Assembly: GCA_964016885.1 (NCBI GenBank)
Contig: OZ024748.1
Span: forward strand, 29,512,001-29,576,000
DNA length: 64,000 nucleotides
Direction of reading: 5' to 3'
DNA from: Eledone cirrhosa
Taxonomy: Eukaryota
A program made the position numbers and the translations under genes. Positions 18,796-36,843 of the stretch are shown here, in pieces. Under the pieces are notes generated by a model, which saw nothing but the letters and a program-made list of their open reading frames with translations, did no database searches and was not told the DNA's origin. Position 1 is the first letter of the stretch. Each line of letters starts with the position of its first letter.

Positions 18796-18919
18796 TATAT
18801 ATACAGATATATATATATATATATATATATACATACAGATATATATATATATATATATATACAGATATATATATATATATATACAGATATATATATATAT
18901 ATATAGATATATATATATA

Positions 18920-19350
18920 TAAAATATTTAAAAAATAATGAATAAAACAATGAAACAGTTCCTTATATTAAACAAAAAAAGTTCATTATTTAACGATCGT
19001 TTCTAGGACATATATGTGTCAGAATTGGCATGCATATTCAAAAGATCTATGTACAAAATTATACAAACTATCAAATAGAATATACATACCAACACATACA
19101 TATGCCGTCTTCAGAAATAATCTTCAGAAATAATCAGATTATTTCTGAAGACGGCATATGTATGTGTTGGTATGTATATTCTATTTGATAGTTTGTATAA
19201 TTTTGTATAATTTTGTACATAGATCTTTTGAATATGCATGCCAATTCTGACACATATATGTCCTAGAAACGATCGTTAAATAATGAACTTTTTTTGTTTA
19301 ATATAAGGAACTGTTTCATTGTTTTATTCATTATTTTTTTAATATTTTAT
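18920..19350. mobile_element. Second fold-back pLTR of family B with hammerheads at 18985-19121 (-) and 19138-19284 (+)
   Basis: Near-identical to 17826-18262, axis at 19136. Confidence 0.85.
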
Positions 19351-19382
19351 ATACAGATATATATATATATATATATATACAG

Positions 19383-19413
<31 letters not shown>

Positions 19414-19452
19414 TATATATATATATATACAGATATATATATATATATATAC

Positions 19453-19823
<371 letters not shown>

Positions 19824-19992
19824 TATATATATATATACAGATATATATATATATACAGATATATATATATATACAGATATATATATACAGATATATATAT
19901 ATATATATATACACAGATATATATATATATACAGATATATATATATATACAGATATATATATACAGATATATATATATATATATATACACAC

Positions 19993-20027
<35 letters not shown>

Positions 20028-20044
20028 TATATAGATATATATAC

Positions 20045-20083
<39 letters not shown>

Positions 20084-21043
20084 TATATATACAGATATAT
20101 ATATATATATATATATATACATACAGATATATATATATATATATATATACAGATATATATATATATATATACAGATATATATATATATATATAGATATAT
20201 ATATATATAAAATATTAAAAAAATAATGAATAAAACAATGAAACAGTTCCTTATATTAAACAAAAAAAGTTCATTATTTAACGATCGTTTCTAGGATATA
20301 TATGTGTTAGAATTGGCATGCATATTCAACAGATCTATGTACAAAATTATACAAAATTATACAAACTATCAAAATTAAATATACATACCAACACATATAT
20401 ATGCCGTCTTCAGAAATAATGAAATATATTTATTGATAATAACAACAATTCAAAATTACAGGTCTGTTTGGGAACAGAGTTCAAATTGACCAATGAAAAC
20501 ACAAAAAGTTTATACAGTTAGGTGTGTGTATATATGTAAGTAACTTCGTTCACAGATATGCATAAAAATATATGTTCACATGCATACGCATGCCGAAAAG
20601 ATGTATGTAAATACAAAAATTCAAGGCTAATGTCTCTGTATGTTTATAATCTACAGATAAAATACGTATACGCTTATAAACATATAAATATAAAAATAAA
20701 AAAATAAATAAATATATACACACATTCATATACTCACACATATACGTACATTCACACACACACGCGCGTATACGCATAAACATACACACAACCACGAACA
20801 TACATACACACACACACCCCCACACACATATATGTGTATATACTATTATCATAAGCATATGGACATTAATGCGCGCACATAAACACTGCCACACATATTT
20901 AGATCCAGATACAGAAAGTAGGTGGGGGGGGGGAGAAGATGTCAGTATTTAGCGGTGTCAGCAAACTGCCTATTTATAAATGTATCTATAAATTTAGAAA
21001 TAAAAAGAAAAAGAAAAAAGAAATATATTAAGAAAATATATAT

Positions 21044-22887
21044 AGAGAATTGATCTAGATGAAATGCAGTTCGGGTTTGTGTCAGGCAAAAGTACCACAG
21101 ACGCTCTTTTCATTGTACGACAACTACAGGAGAAGTACCTAGCTAAAAGTAAACCCCTATACTTAGCTTTCGTCGACTTGGAGAAAGCCTTCGACAGAGT
21201 CCCCCGTTCCATTATCTGGTGGTCTCTTAGAAAACTAGGTGTTGACGAATGGCTTGTGAGAGCTATACAAGCCATGTATAAAGAAACAGTCAGTAAGGTT
21301 AGAATTAACAACGAATATAGTGAAGAGTTTAGCGTAAAAGTTGGTGTCCATCAGGGCTCTGTTCTTAGCCCCCTACTATTTATTATTGCCCTTCAGGCTA
21401 TAACAGAGGAGTTCAAGACCGGCTGCCCATGGGAACTCCTATACGCAGATGATCTAACGCTCATAGCTGAATCAATGACCGAACTAGAGAAGAAATTCCA
21501 AACGTGGAAGCACGGCCTAGAATCAAAAGGCCTTAAAATTAACCTGGCTAAGACTAAAGTTCTAGTTTGTAGGAAAGAAAATAAGGCGGCGGTCCCATCG
21601 GGGAAATGGCCATGCTCAGTGTGTAGGAAAGGCGTAGGTAGAAACTCCATTTTATGTCCCAAATGCAAAGTATGGGTGCATAAAAGATGTAGTGGGATCA
21701 CAGGTAAGCTAACTAAGAACATAGATTTTACATGTGGCCGGTGCTCTGGTGCAATAAGTAGCAGCAAGTGCCCACAAAATACTAGCTCCTTCAACTGCGC
21801 AGAGGGTTCTATAGAAATAGTGGACAGCTTCCGTTATCTGGGTGACAAAATCAGCAGTGGGGGAGGGTGCTCTGAAAGTACAGTAGCTAGAGTCAGAACT
21901 GGATGGAAAAAGTTCAGAGAGCTTATACCACTATTAGCCGCTAGAGGGTTCTCCCTAAAAATGAAAGGCAGGTTATACGATGCCTGCATACGAACAGCAA
22001 TGCTGCATGGCAGTGAGACCTGGGCATTGTGTGCAGAGGATATACGCAGACTAGAAAGGAACGAAGCTTGCATGCTCCGCTGGATGTGCAATAGTAATAT
22101 ACGTGAACGGCAAAGCATAAACGAACTAAGGAAAAAATTAGAAATAAGAGGGATCAGATGTTGTTTACTCGAGAGAAGGCTACGTTGGTACGGTCACGTG
22201 ATGCGCATGAAAGACGACAGCTGTATAACAAAGTGCAGGGCAATAAAGATAGACGGTAGCCACGGAGTAGGCAGACCCAGAAAAACATGGGACGAGCTGA
22301 TAAATTCCGACCTCACACGCTTACACCTCTCCAAGACAATGTCACTGGACCGAGACCTTTGGCGGTACTCAGTAATAGAGAAGACCCGCCTTACCTAAAT
22401 ACAAAGTAAAAACCTACTACAGTCAGTAGGCATCTCTATCAAAACACACCCCCGTCCCACCACCTCCACACCGCCCCTTTCAATGTAAAGTTATGTTGGT
22501 CCCACAACATCCAGGCCGAAACAAATGAGATCGTGTAGGTGTCACGACCAAAAACACACAGTCCACGCTGTAAATGTGGCCGTGTAGGCAACACGGTAAA
22601 AACCTCCCAGCCCCACACTGTAAATGTGGTTGGTGTTAGGAAGGGCATCCAGCTGTAGAAAACCCGCCAGACAGTCCACGCTGTAATGTGGCCGTGTAGG
22701 CAACACGGTAAAAACCTCCCAGCCCCACACTGTAAATGTGGTTGGTGTTAGGAAGGGCATCCAACTGTAGAAAACCCGCCAGACAGTCCTATGCGAGCAA
22801 GACAACCACTCTTGCCTCAAGTGGGAAAACCCCCGTCCAAACCCATGCAAGCGTGGAACACGGACGCTAAACCTGATGATGATGATG

Positions 22888-22889
<2 letters not shown>
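21044..22889 (+). mobile_element. RTE-like LINE, 5'-truncated, nested in Penelope family B
   Basis: RT ORF, 3' UTR with ~118-bp internal duplication, (GAT)n tail, inserted in a (TA)n run. Confidence 0.95.
21064..22398 (+). CDS. LINE reverse transcriptase (partial) with embedded PHD finger
   Basis: QFGF, FVDLEKAFD, GVHQGSVLSP, YADD, C4HC3 finger, FRYLG, RLRWYGHV, GRPRKTW. Confidence 0.93.
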   Translation: MQFGFVSGKSTTDALFIVRQLQEKYLAKSKPLYLAFVDLEKAFDRVPRSIIWWSLRKLGVDEWLVRAIQAMYKETVSKVRINNEYSEEFSVKVGVHQGSVLSPLLFIIALQAITEEFKTGCPWELLYADDLTLIAESMTELEKKFQTWKHGLESKGLKINLAKTKVLVCRKENKAAVPSGKWPCSVCRKGVGRNSILCPKCKVWVHKRCSGITGKLTKNIDFTCGRCSGAISSSKCPQNTSSFNCAEGSIEIVDSFRYLGDKISSGGGCSESTVARVRTGWKKFRELIPLLAARGFSLKMKGRLYDACIRTAMLHGSETWALCAEDIRRLERNEACMLRWMCNSNIRERQSINELRKKLEIRGIRCCLLERRLRWYGHVMRMKDDSCITKCRAIKIDGSHGVGRPRKTWDELINSDLTRLHLSKTMSLDRDLWRYSVIEKTRLT

Positions 22890-22932
<43 letters not shown>

Positions 22933-22969
22933 AACAAGTAAAATATAAAATATACATCGATATACATAC

Positions 22970-23014
<45 letters not shown>

Positions 23015-23258
23015 TATACATACATATACATACACATACATATACATACACACACCATATAAATACACATACACACACGCATACATATACACATATAAAT
23101 ACATAGACATATACACATATACACACATATATATATAAACACACACACATCCATATATATATATATACATTCACAACACACATATATATATATAGCAGTT
23201 TAGGTATGATACATTTTATTACTAATTATATCTAAATGTTTCTTCTCTCTTCATAATG

Positions 23259-23289
<31 letters not shown>

Positions 23290-23369
23290 CTACACACATA
23301 TATAAACACACTCATGTATATACACACATACACATACATACCCACACATATATATATATATATACACAT

Positions 23370-23412
<43 letters not shown>

Positions 23413-23922
23413 TACATACACACATACACATATACAAAGATATATATACATACACACACACATATAATAAATATATATATATATATATATACATATACAC
23501 ACACATATATATATACATACATACACACACATACATACTCATACATAGACATACATATATACTCACATACATACACACATACATATACGCATATATACAC
23601 ATACATACACATCCATGTATGCGTATATACATACAAACACCACCACACGCTCACACAACTCAGACATACATAAATAAAGGGATACACATATATACATATA
23701 TAAATAGAGATACATATACACATATAAATATATACACACGTACACACACACACACACACATACATATACACACGCTCACACAACTCAGACATACATAAAT
23801 AAAGGGATATACATACACATATATACATATATAAATAGAGATACATATACACATATAAATATATACACATGTACACACACACACACACATACATACACAT
23901 ACATACACACATACATATATAT

Positions 23923-23971
<49 letters not shown>

Positions 23972-24065
23972 CATATATATAAAAAAATAAAGAAATAAAA
24001 TAAATAAATAAATAAATTAATACACAGTCAGACAAATATGCACACACATACATATACATACATAT

Positions 24066-24108
<43 letters not shown>

Positions 24109-24164
24109 CATATACATACATATATATATACACATACACACAACTACAAATATATATATATATT

Positions 24165-24197
<33 letters not shown>

Positions 24198-24599
24198 TCA
24201 CATATACATGCGCACATACGTACATATATACACATATACACATAGACGTATACATGTGCATACATATACATACACACATATACCCACATAAATACATAGA
24301 TACATATATATATATATATATATATATACATACATATATATACACATATATATATATATATATATATACACACAATCATACACCCTTATTTACATGTGCA
24401 CATATGTATTTTTATACTCACATACAAATACCCAAACATACATACCTACCTACATATACATACATACATCCACGCTTACAAATACAAATAATAATAGGGG
24501 GGGAGAAGGGGATTATAGTAAATATAGGTTTCAAGAAACATAGAATATTAATCTGCATTTAGATCATAATATGTGTTTACATAGTAGTTTCAGTATTAG

Positions 24600-25019
24600 G
24601 AAATGTAAGAAAGAAGGCAAAATTATGCATTTTAATATAAGTAGACTATTAATTATAGGTTAACTAAATTAAAGATAGTTAATATATTGATTTCTAAGGT
24701 GTATACTACTTAGGTTTATAATATTTGAAGCGGAATTTTGAAGTTAAATAGTAGTAGAGTATTAATTATAGTATAACTAAATTAAAATTATTAACGTTAT
24801 GGTATCAATATTAGGAAATGAATTTAGTAATAGGGAAAAAAACAAATAAAGTATTACATCGGTAGTAGAATATAAATTATAGGTTAACTAAATTAAAAAT
24901 TATATATTAATTTCTATAGTATATGTTAATTTGGTTTATAATAATTAAAACAGATATTGTATTTTATCTATAGTAGAATATAATTATAGGTAAACAGAAA
25001 TTAAAATTAATACATACAC

Positions 25020-25052
<33 letters not shown>

Positions 25053-25560
25053 CATATATATACATACATATACATATTTTTTCAAAAATTGCAAAGAATA
25101 TATTAACTAGGTATACATCCAAAACCTATCTCAGTCTATGATTACAAGACACTCTGCAATCCATCTGTATTAGGATATTAATTTTAAGCCAATTAAATTA
25201 AATTTTTAGGTTAAACAAATTTAAAACCAAATTATAAATATATTTCTAAAATGTACATTAATTAGGTCTATAATATTAAAAATTATTTCTCTGTCATTGA
25301 ATACACGATATTTTGTTATATTTTATCTGTAAAGGAATTTTAATAAAAGGTTAAATAAATTAAAATTAATCTATAAATTAATTTACGAAGTATATATTAG
25401 TAATATTTAAAAGTTTTTCACAATTTATGATTACACAATATTTTATAATCTCATCTGTAGTAAAATTTTAATTAAATTAAATTTATAGGTTAACTAACAT
25501 TTAAATTAAATTATATATTAATTTCTAAAATAATGTTATTAATTAGGTTTATAATATTTA
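24600..25560. repeat. Degenerate AT-rich tandem repeats in the family B 3' region
   Basis: Recurrent ATTATAGGTTAACTAAATTAAA-like and GGTTTATAATATT-like motifs. Confidence 0.7.
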
Positions 25561-27740
25561 AATGTTTTTCTTAGTTTATGATTACACGATATAATTAATT
25601 CCTGTCGTTTATTTAATAGGATATCCTTAGATTTCATTATTTCAAATAGTTCTTGGGAACATAATCTACATTCATTTCTATTATTTTGATAAGGGGTGGC
25701 TCTTTTGAGCACACTCCAGGTCATATCATATTCTATATTCTTATTTTTATAACTATTGATTTTTTCTGCTAGAGATGTTGTATTAGCCAGTGCGGCATTT
25801 TTAAAACTATGTTTGTGGGTATTAAACCTTACCTTAAAATTGTTAGAAGTAGCTCCTATATATGAGCAAATAGAATCTTTAGTTTTAACATTACATTTAT
25901 AAACTATGTTGTTAACAAGGCAATTTCCTTTTAATGGGCAGTTTGCTTTGTTTCTACAGTTACAACCTTTCGTTAATTCTGTATTTGAGGAGATATTATG
26001 GTTAGTTTGATGTATTGGTGGTATACTTATGGTATTCTTACATTTATATGCATTATAGGCACTTATATTTTGTTTTATGTTATTTGTTGTTGAGTATGAG
26101 AATTTAACTGTAGACCTATTTAAGATTTGATGGTATTTGTGGTTTGGCGGGAAGTTTTTCTCTAGGATATAAAAAAATTTTTTAGCAATATTATCCTTAA
26201 TTTGTAAATTAAATGGAGCATTATACCAAGTAACTCGTCTATTACGGTTTCTATGTTGTTTATTATTTTTATAGGTTGTATCGTGATGTTTACTAGGAGG
26301 ATTAATGTTAATGATCTCACCACGCACATTTTTAGTTAGATTTGTAGATTTAGGTGTTTTATCTTGTTTATTAGGAGTTTTATTATTAACATTTATTAGA
26401 GTTGTATGATGAGTAGTTTTTTGAGAGTTACTATACTTTATATAAGAAGAGTTGTTGGTATTTTGGGGTATAGTGTGGGTGGCATTTAGGTGTGTACTTT
26501 TCATTTGGTGTTTGTTGGTAATATTAGGTTGTATGTTTATAGTATTTTTAGTAGAAGGTATATATTCTAATCTATTTTTGTGGCCACTTCTATCTAGAGC
26601 TTCGTTATAGAAGGTCGCATTTTTATCAAATACATCTTGGTTAGAAGAAAGGTTAGAAATTCTAAGTGATATATTATATGCAAGGTTTTTAAGGATAGAT
26701 TTAGGGTGATTAGATTGTGAGTGTATGTAGTGTAAGTTTTGGTTGGGTTTATGGTAAGGTTGGTAGATACCCGTAGCTAAGTCTAAAGTTATATCTAGGA
26801 AATTTACTACTTTACTTGTTTTTTCAAAAGTAATATGAAGACTATAATAGTCTTTAAGGAAAGTTCTAATATGCTTTTTGTTTTTTTCTATTTCTGAAAG
26901 GCTAAGGTTGTTGGAAAGAAGAAGACAGTCATCACGATATAAACCACCTTTAAGGTGGGGAAAGGAGGCATTTATGTTGAAAAGGAGAAAGAGGCCCACA
27001 AGATCAGTAATTTGGGCGGAATCGCTTGAACCCATAGTAATATCAAATAGATTACTATATGTGTTTCTGGTCCAGTATTCATTCTGAAATTCAATAAGTG
27101 TTAGTCTAGCATGTGTAATAATATTAATGTCATCCAAAGTTAAGTTAGATCTATTTTTAGCAAATATCAATGCTTTGTTCAGGAGTATAGGTGATATAGA
27201 AGAATAGTAATTATCTATATCAAATTGTAGAAATGAAGCAGAAGATTTACATCTAATATTTTTAAACCAGTTAATTACCTGGGAAGTGTTTTCCCAGAGT
27301 GGTAAAATAACGTGTTTTCTTATTTGTGGGATGACTCTATCCAAAATTTTTTTGCTAATTATTCCAATATCAGATTTGGAGGGACATATAAGTCTTATAG
27401 AAGGATTTGAGTTAAAGTTTGATTTATGATCCTTCAGGTTGAAGTGTGGTCTTTTCAATGCCAAAGGTTCAGTTCTATCTTCAATGTTTAGTTTTTTTAC
27501 TATGTTGTGTGTTTTATTGTTGATGTTGGTGAGTGACGCATTATTAGATTTTTTATAATTTTTCCTGAGTTCTTTATATATGAACTCATTATAATCTTCA
27601 ATATCCATGTGATACAAGTTACCAGTTTTGTCCGAGTGGACATGGATTTTTTTAGACTTTTTTAGGTCCAATAGGGTAGAATCAAGGTCCTTTTGAAAGA
27701 CAGATTTATACTTTTTAAATTTGAGGTGTTTAATTAAATT
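25539..27740 (-). CDS. Penelope-like RT + GIY-YIG endonuclease, uninterrupted but N-terminally truncated
   Basis: [72 protein letters not shown]. The frame stays open upstream of 27671 to the junction. Confidence 0.95.
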   Translation of the reverse strand, partial: NLIKHLKFKKYKSVFQKDLDSTLLDLKKSKKIHVHSDKTGNLYHMDIEDYNEFIYKELRKNYKKSNNASLTNINNKTHNIVKKLNIEDRTEPLALKRPHFNLKDHKSNFNSNPSIRLICPSKSDIGIISKKILDRVIPQIRKHVILPLWENTSQVINWFKNIRCKSSASFLQFDIDNYYSSISPILLNKALIFAKNRSNLTLDDINIITHARLTLIEFQNEYWTRNTYSNLFDITMGSSDSAQITDLVGLFLLFNINASFPHLKGGLYRDDCLLLSNNLSLSEIEKNKKHIRTFLKDYYSLHITFEKTSKVVNFLDITLDLATGIYQPYHKPNQNLHYIHSQSNHPKSILKNLAYNISLRISNLSSNQDVFDKNATFYNEALDRSGHKNRLEYIPSTKNTINIQPNITNKHQMKSTHLNATHTIPQNTNNSSYIKYSNSQKTTHHTTLINVNNKTPNKQDKTPKSTNLTKNVRGEIININPPSKHHDTTYKNNKQHRNRNRRVTWYNAPFNLQIKDNIAKKFFYILEKNFPPNHKYHQILNRSTVKFSYSTTNNIKQNISAYNAYKCKNTISIPPIHQTNHNISSNTELTKGCNCRNKANCPLKGNCLVNNIVYKCNVKTKDSICSYIGATSNNFKVRFNTHKHSFKNAALANTTSLAEKINSYKNKNIEYDMTWSVLKRATPYQNNRNECRLCSQELFEIMKSKDILLNKRQELIISCNHKLRKTFKYYKPN

Positions 27741-27863
27741 AAATATATATATATGTGTGTGTATATGTATATGTGTGTATATGTATAAATATATATATAT
27801 TTATTATATGTGTGTGTGTATGTATATATATCTTTGTATATGTGTATGTGTATGTGTGTGTAT

Positions 27864-28013
<150 letters not shown>

Positions 28014-28267
28014 ATGTGTATATATATATATATATATATATGTGTGGGTATGTATGTGTATGTGTGTATATACATGAGTGTGTTTATATATGTGTGTGTG
28101 TTTATATATATATGTGTGTATATGTGTATATGTCTATGTATTTATATGTGTATATGTATGTCACTATATGTATGCGTGTGTGTGTGTATGTGTATGTGTA
28201 TTTATATGGTGTGTGTATGTATATGTATGTGTATGTATGTGTTTATGTATATGTGTATGTATGTATA

Positions 28268-28316
<49 letters not shown>

Positions 28317-28350
28317 GTATGTATATCGATGTATATTTTATATTTTACTT

Positions 28351-28442
<92 letters not shown>

Positions 28443-29053
28443 TTAATATATTTCTTTTTTCTTTTTCTTTTTATTTCCAAATTTATAGATACATTTATAA
28501 ATAGGCAGTTTGCTGACACCGCTAAATACTGACATCTTCTCCCCCCCCCCCCCACCTACTTTCTGTATCTGGATCTAAATATGTGTGGCAGTGTTTATGT
28601 GCGCGCATTAATGTCCATATGCTTATGATAATAGTATATACACATATATGTGTGTGGGGGTGTGTGTGTGTATGTATGTTCGTGGTTGTGTGTATGTTTA
28701 TGCGTATACGCGCGTGTGTGTGTGAATGTACGTATATGTGTGAGTATATGAATGTGTGTATATATTTATTTATTTTTTTATTTTTATATTTATATGTTTA
28801 TAAGCGTATACGTATTTTATCTGTAGATTGTAAACATACAGAGACATTAGCCTTGAATTTTTGTATTTACATACATCTTTTCGGCATGCGTATGCATGTG
28901 AACATATATTTTTATGCATATCTGTGAACGAAGTTACTTACATATATACACACACCTAACTGTATAAACTTTTTGTGTTTTCATTGGTCAATTTGAACTC
29001 TGTTTCCAAACAGACCTGTAATTTTGAATTGTTGTTATTATCAATAAATATAT

Positions 29054-29207
29054 TTCATTATTTCTGAAGACGGCATATATATGTGTTGGTATGTATATTT
29101 AATTTTGATAGTTTGTATAATTTTGTATAATTTTGTACATAGATCTTTTGAATATGCATGCCAATTCTAACACATATATATCCTAGAAACGATCGTTAAA
29201 TAATGAA
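29054..29207 (+). ncRNA. Type I hammerhead ribozyme family B with ~115-nt stem II
   Basis: TTCATTATTT CTGAAGA [29071-29185] GAAA CGATCG TT AAATAATGAA; 10-bp stem I, palindromic stem III. Confidence 0.78.
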
Positions 29208-29404
29208 CTTTTTTTGTTTAATATAAGGAACTGCTTCATTGTTTTATTCATTATTTTTTTAATATTTTATCTTGACTCTGTATTCCGTTTATCTTTCACC
29301 GAAAGTGATTTTTCATTGCATCTCTTCTTTCCATGATATCCGGATTACATTGAGTTCTTCATACGGATTGGACACTACCGTAAACTCTTGGTAGATTTAT
29401 CTAC

Positions 29405-32271
<2,867 letters not shown>

Positions 32272-32317
32272 GGTGTTAAGGCAACCACGTCACCTTTTTG
32301 TTCAACACTGATACAGG

Positions 32318-32362
32318 AACGATGTACTAGTTTCAAGCTTGTTAGCTATCATCAGCACCGTT
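32318..32362 (-). ncRNA. Minimal type I hammerhead ribozyme family C
   Basis: Reverse complement of the 32802-32846 motif. Confidence 0.85.
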
Positions 32363-32801
32363 TTACCCATCTGCCAGATAGTTGAACGTTCGAAAGTATA
32401 TACTTTCCTTATGAAAATTAACGGCTGAGCAGCCTAATTTGCATATTGAGTGAGTTAAATCGGTCAGGCATACCGAAAACGATAAATTGAAACAAAATGA
32501 AAACGAAATTTCATTTCTCACTCTTAGTATGGCACTTACTTAAATGTAAGTATGCATGTATACGTACATACATATATGTATACAGACGTACAGTAGCATG
32601 CACATATATATATACATATACATATATACATACATATGCATACAGGTACACATACATATATGCACGTATCAGTTTAGCGGCGCTAACGTCGCTTTGCCTG
32701 ACCGATTTAACTCACTCAATATGCAAATTAGGCTGCTCAGCCGTTAATTTTCATAAGGAAAGTATATACTTTCGAACGTTCAACTATCTGGCAGATGGGT
32801 A

Positions 32802-32846
32802 AACGGTGCTGATGATAGCTAACAAGCTTGAAACTAGTACATCGTT
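32802..32846 (+). ncRNA. Minimal type I hammerhead ribozyme family C
   Basis: AACGGTG CTGATGA T AGCT AACA AGCT T GAAA CTAG TA CATCGTT: canonical core, 7-bp stem I, GUA site. Confidence 0.88.
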
Positions 32847-32943
32847 CCTGTGTCAGTGTTGAACAAAAAGGTGACGTGGTTGCCTTAACAACGTATGGCA
32901 TAAATTCAGGCTGTTCAACGAACAAAGCGACGTTAGCGCTGCT

Positions 32944-34847
<1,904 letters not shown>

Positions 34848-35356
34848 TAAATGTAAGTATGTATGTATACGTACATACATATATGTATACAGACGTACAG
34901 TAGCATGCATATATATATATATACATACAGGTACACATACATATATGCACGTATTTGTTTAGCGGACGCTTATTATAACGCCGCTTTGTTCGTTTGTAAA
35001 CAAACTGAACAGCCTGAATTTATGCCGTACGGTGTTTAGGCAACCACGTCACCTTTTTGTTCAACACTGACACAGGAACGATTTACTAGTTTCAAGCTTG
35101 TTAGCTATCATCAGCACCGTATACCCTTCTGCCAGATAGTTGAACGTTCGAAAGTATATACTTTCCTTATGAAAATTAACGGCTGAGCAGCCTAATTTGC
35201 ATATCGAGTGAGTTAAGTCGGTCAGGCATACCGAAAACGATAAGTTGAAATAAAATGAAAACGAAATTTCATTTCTCACTCTTAGTACGGCACTTACTTA
35301 AATGTAAGTATGTATGTATACGTACATACATATATGTATACAGACGTACAATAGCA

Positions 35357-35394
<38 letters not shown>

Positions 35395-35568
35395 CAGGTA
35401 CACATACATATATGCACGTATTTGTTCAGTGTTGAACAAAAAGGTGACGTGGTTGCCTTAACACCGTACGGCATAAATTCAGGCTGTTCAGTTTGTTTAC
35501 AAACGAACAAAGCGGCGTTATAATAAGCGTCCGCTAAACAAATACGTGCATATATGTATGTGTACCTG

Positions 35569-35604
<36 letters not shown>

Positions 35605-35717
35605 TGCTACTGTACGTCTGTATACATATATGTATGTACGTATACATACATACTTACATTTAAGTAAGTGCCGTACTAAGAGTGAGAAATGAAATTTCGT
35701 TTTCATTTTATTTCAAC
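34848..35717. mobile_element. Family C element: 1.3-mer of a ~451-bp unit plus an inverted segment; hammerhead at 35077-35120 (-)
   Basis: Direct repeat 34848-34960 / 35299-35427; inverted part 35428-35717. Confidence 0.85.
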
Positions 35718-35904
35718 TACACATATATATATACAGATATATATATATATATATATACATATATATATACAGATATATACACATATATATATACAGATAT
35801 ATACACATATATATATACAGATATATATATATATATATATATATGCACATATATATATATATATATATATATGCACATATATATATATATATACATATAT
35901 AGAG

Positions 35905-36225
35905 AAATGATGCAAGTATGCTCTGTTGGATGTGCAATGTCAATGTGCGTGAACAACGAAGCATAGACGAGTTGAGAAAGAAATTGGGTATAAGAGGGAT
36001 AAGTTGTGGTGTGCAGGAGAGAATGCCGAGATGAACATCCTCCATGCGATGCGCATGGAGGATGACCGCTGAGTAAAGAAGTGCCAAAAAATCCTAGTGG
36101 AAGGAAAACGCAGTAGAACAATGTGAAATAAAGTGTCTTGCTCAAGGAAACAACACATCACTCGGCCTGAGAATTGAACTCACAACCTTTCGATTGCAAG
36201 GCCAATGCTCTAACCACTAAGCCAT
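35905..36225. mobile_element. Degraded RTE-like fragment (+) followed by SINE family 1 head (-)
   Basis: RNDASML..WMCN-like codons; GTCTTGCTCAAGG..CTAACCACTAAGCCA. Confidence 0.65.
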
Positions 36226-36269
36226 GTTGTCCAAGATGTTCATTAAGGTCGCCAGCAATAATTCTATAG

Positions 36270-36640
36270 TCACTGTTGGATATCTAGGAGGTAGTGAGCC
36301 CTGTCCTTAGTAACATCTGGTAATCCTGATTGGGGTGCATAAGCAGTAATAATTGATACAGTTGTCCTATTTAGTACTAATCTTATTTTAATGATCCTGT
36401 CATTCACTCTATCTACGGCAATTACCTTGTCTGCCCATTCTTTTGCTAACATAATTCTAACACCACCCATCCAGAAAAGCTTATAGCATTGTTTCCTACC
36501 CACAATGAATCTAGTAGACCCACCCCTCCACCTGGTCTCTTGAACACAATAAACATCAAATTCTTTACGTTCAAGCATCTCTACAACCTCGTTTGAACGA
36601 CCTTTCAATGTGCCTATATTCATGATACCTGAAATTTTGG
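36270..36640 (-). mobile_element. RTE-like LINE APE endonuclease fragment
   Basis: NIGTLKGRSNEVVEML..CVQETRWRG..DRII..ITAYAPQ. Confidence 0.85.
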
Positions 36641-36682
36641 ATTTTACTGCAGGCGGGGGGGGGGGGGGGGGACACAACAAGA

Positions 36683-36843
36683 GGTGTGGGGGACAGAATT
36701 ATGTTGGTCTTGGGCTTCCATATCTGATATGATAGGGGTGTGGGTGACAGAATTATGTTGGTCTTGGGCTTCCATATCTGATATGATAGGGGTGTGGGTG
36801 ACAGAATTATGTTGGTCTTGGGCTTCCGTATTTGATATGATGA
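36683..36843. repeat. 54-bp tandem repeat x3
   Basis: ACAGAATTATGTTGGTCTTGGGCTTCC at 36693, 36747 and 36801. Confidence 0.95.

Noticed and set aside
36683-36843. CRISPR-like array from the 54-bp repeats (also 48098-48330 and 51440-51592)
   Set aside because: Contiguous repeats without unique spacers, eukaryotic context and no cas genes.
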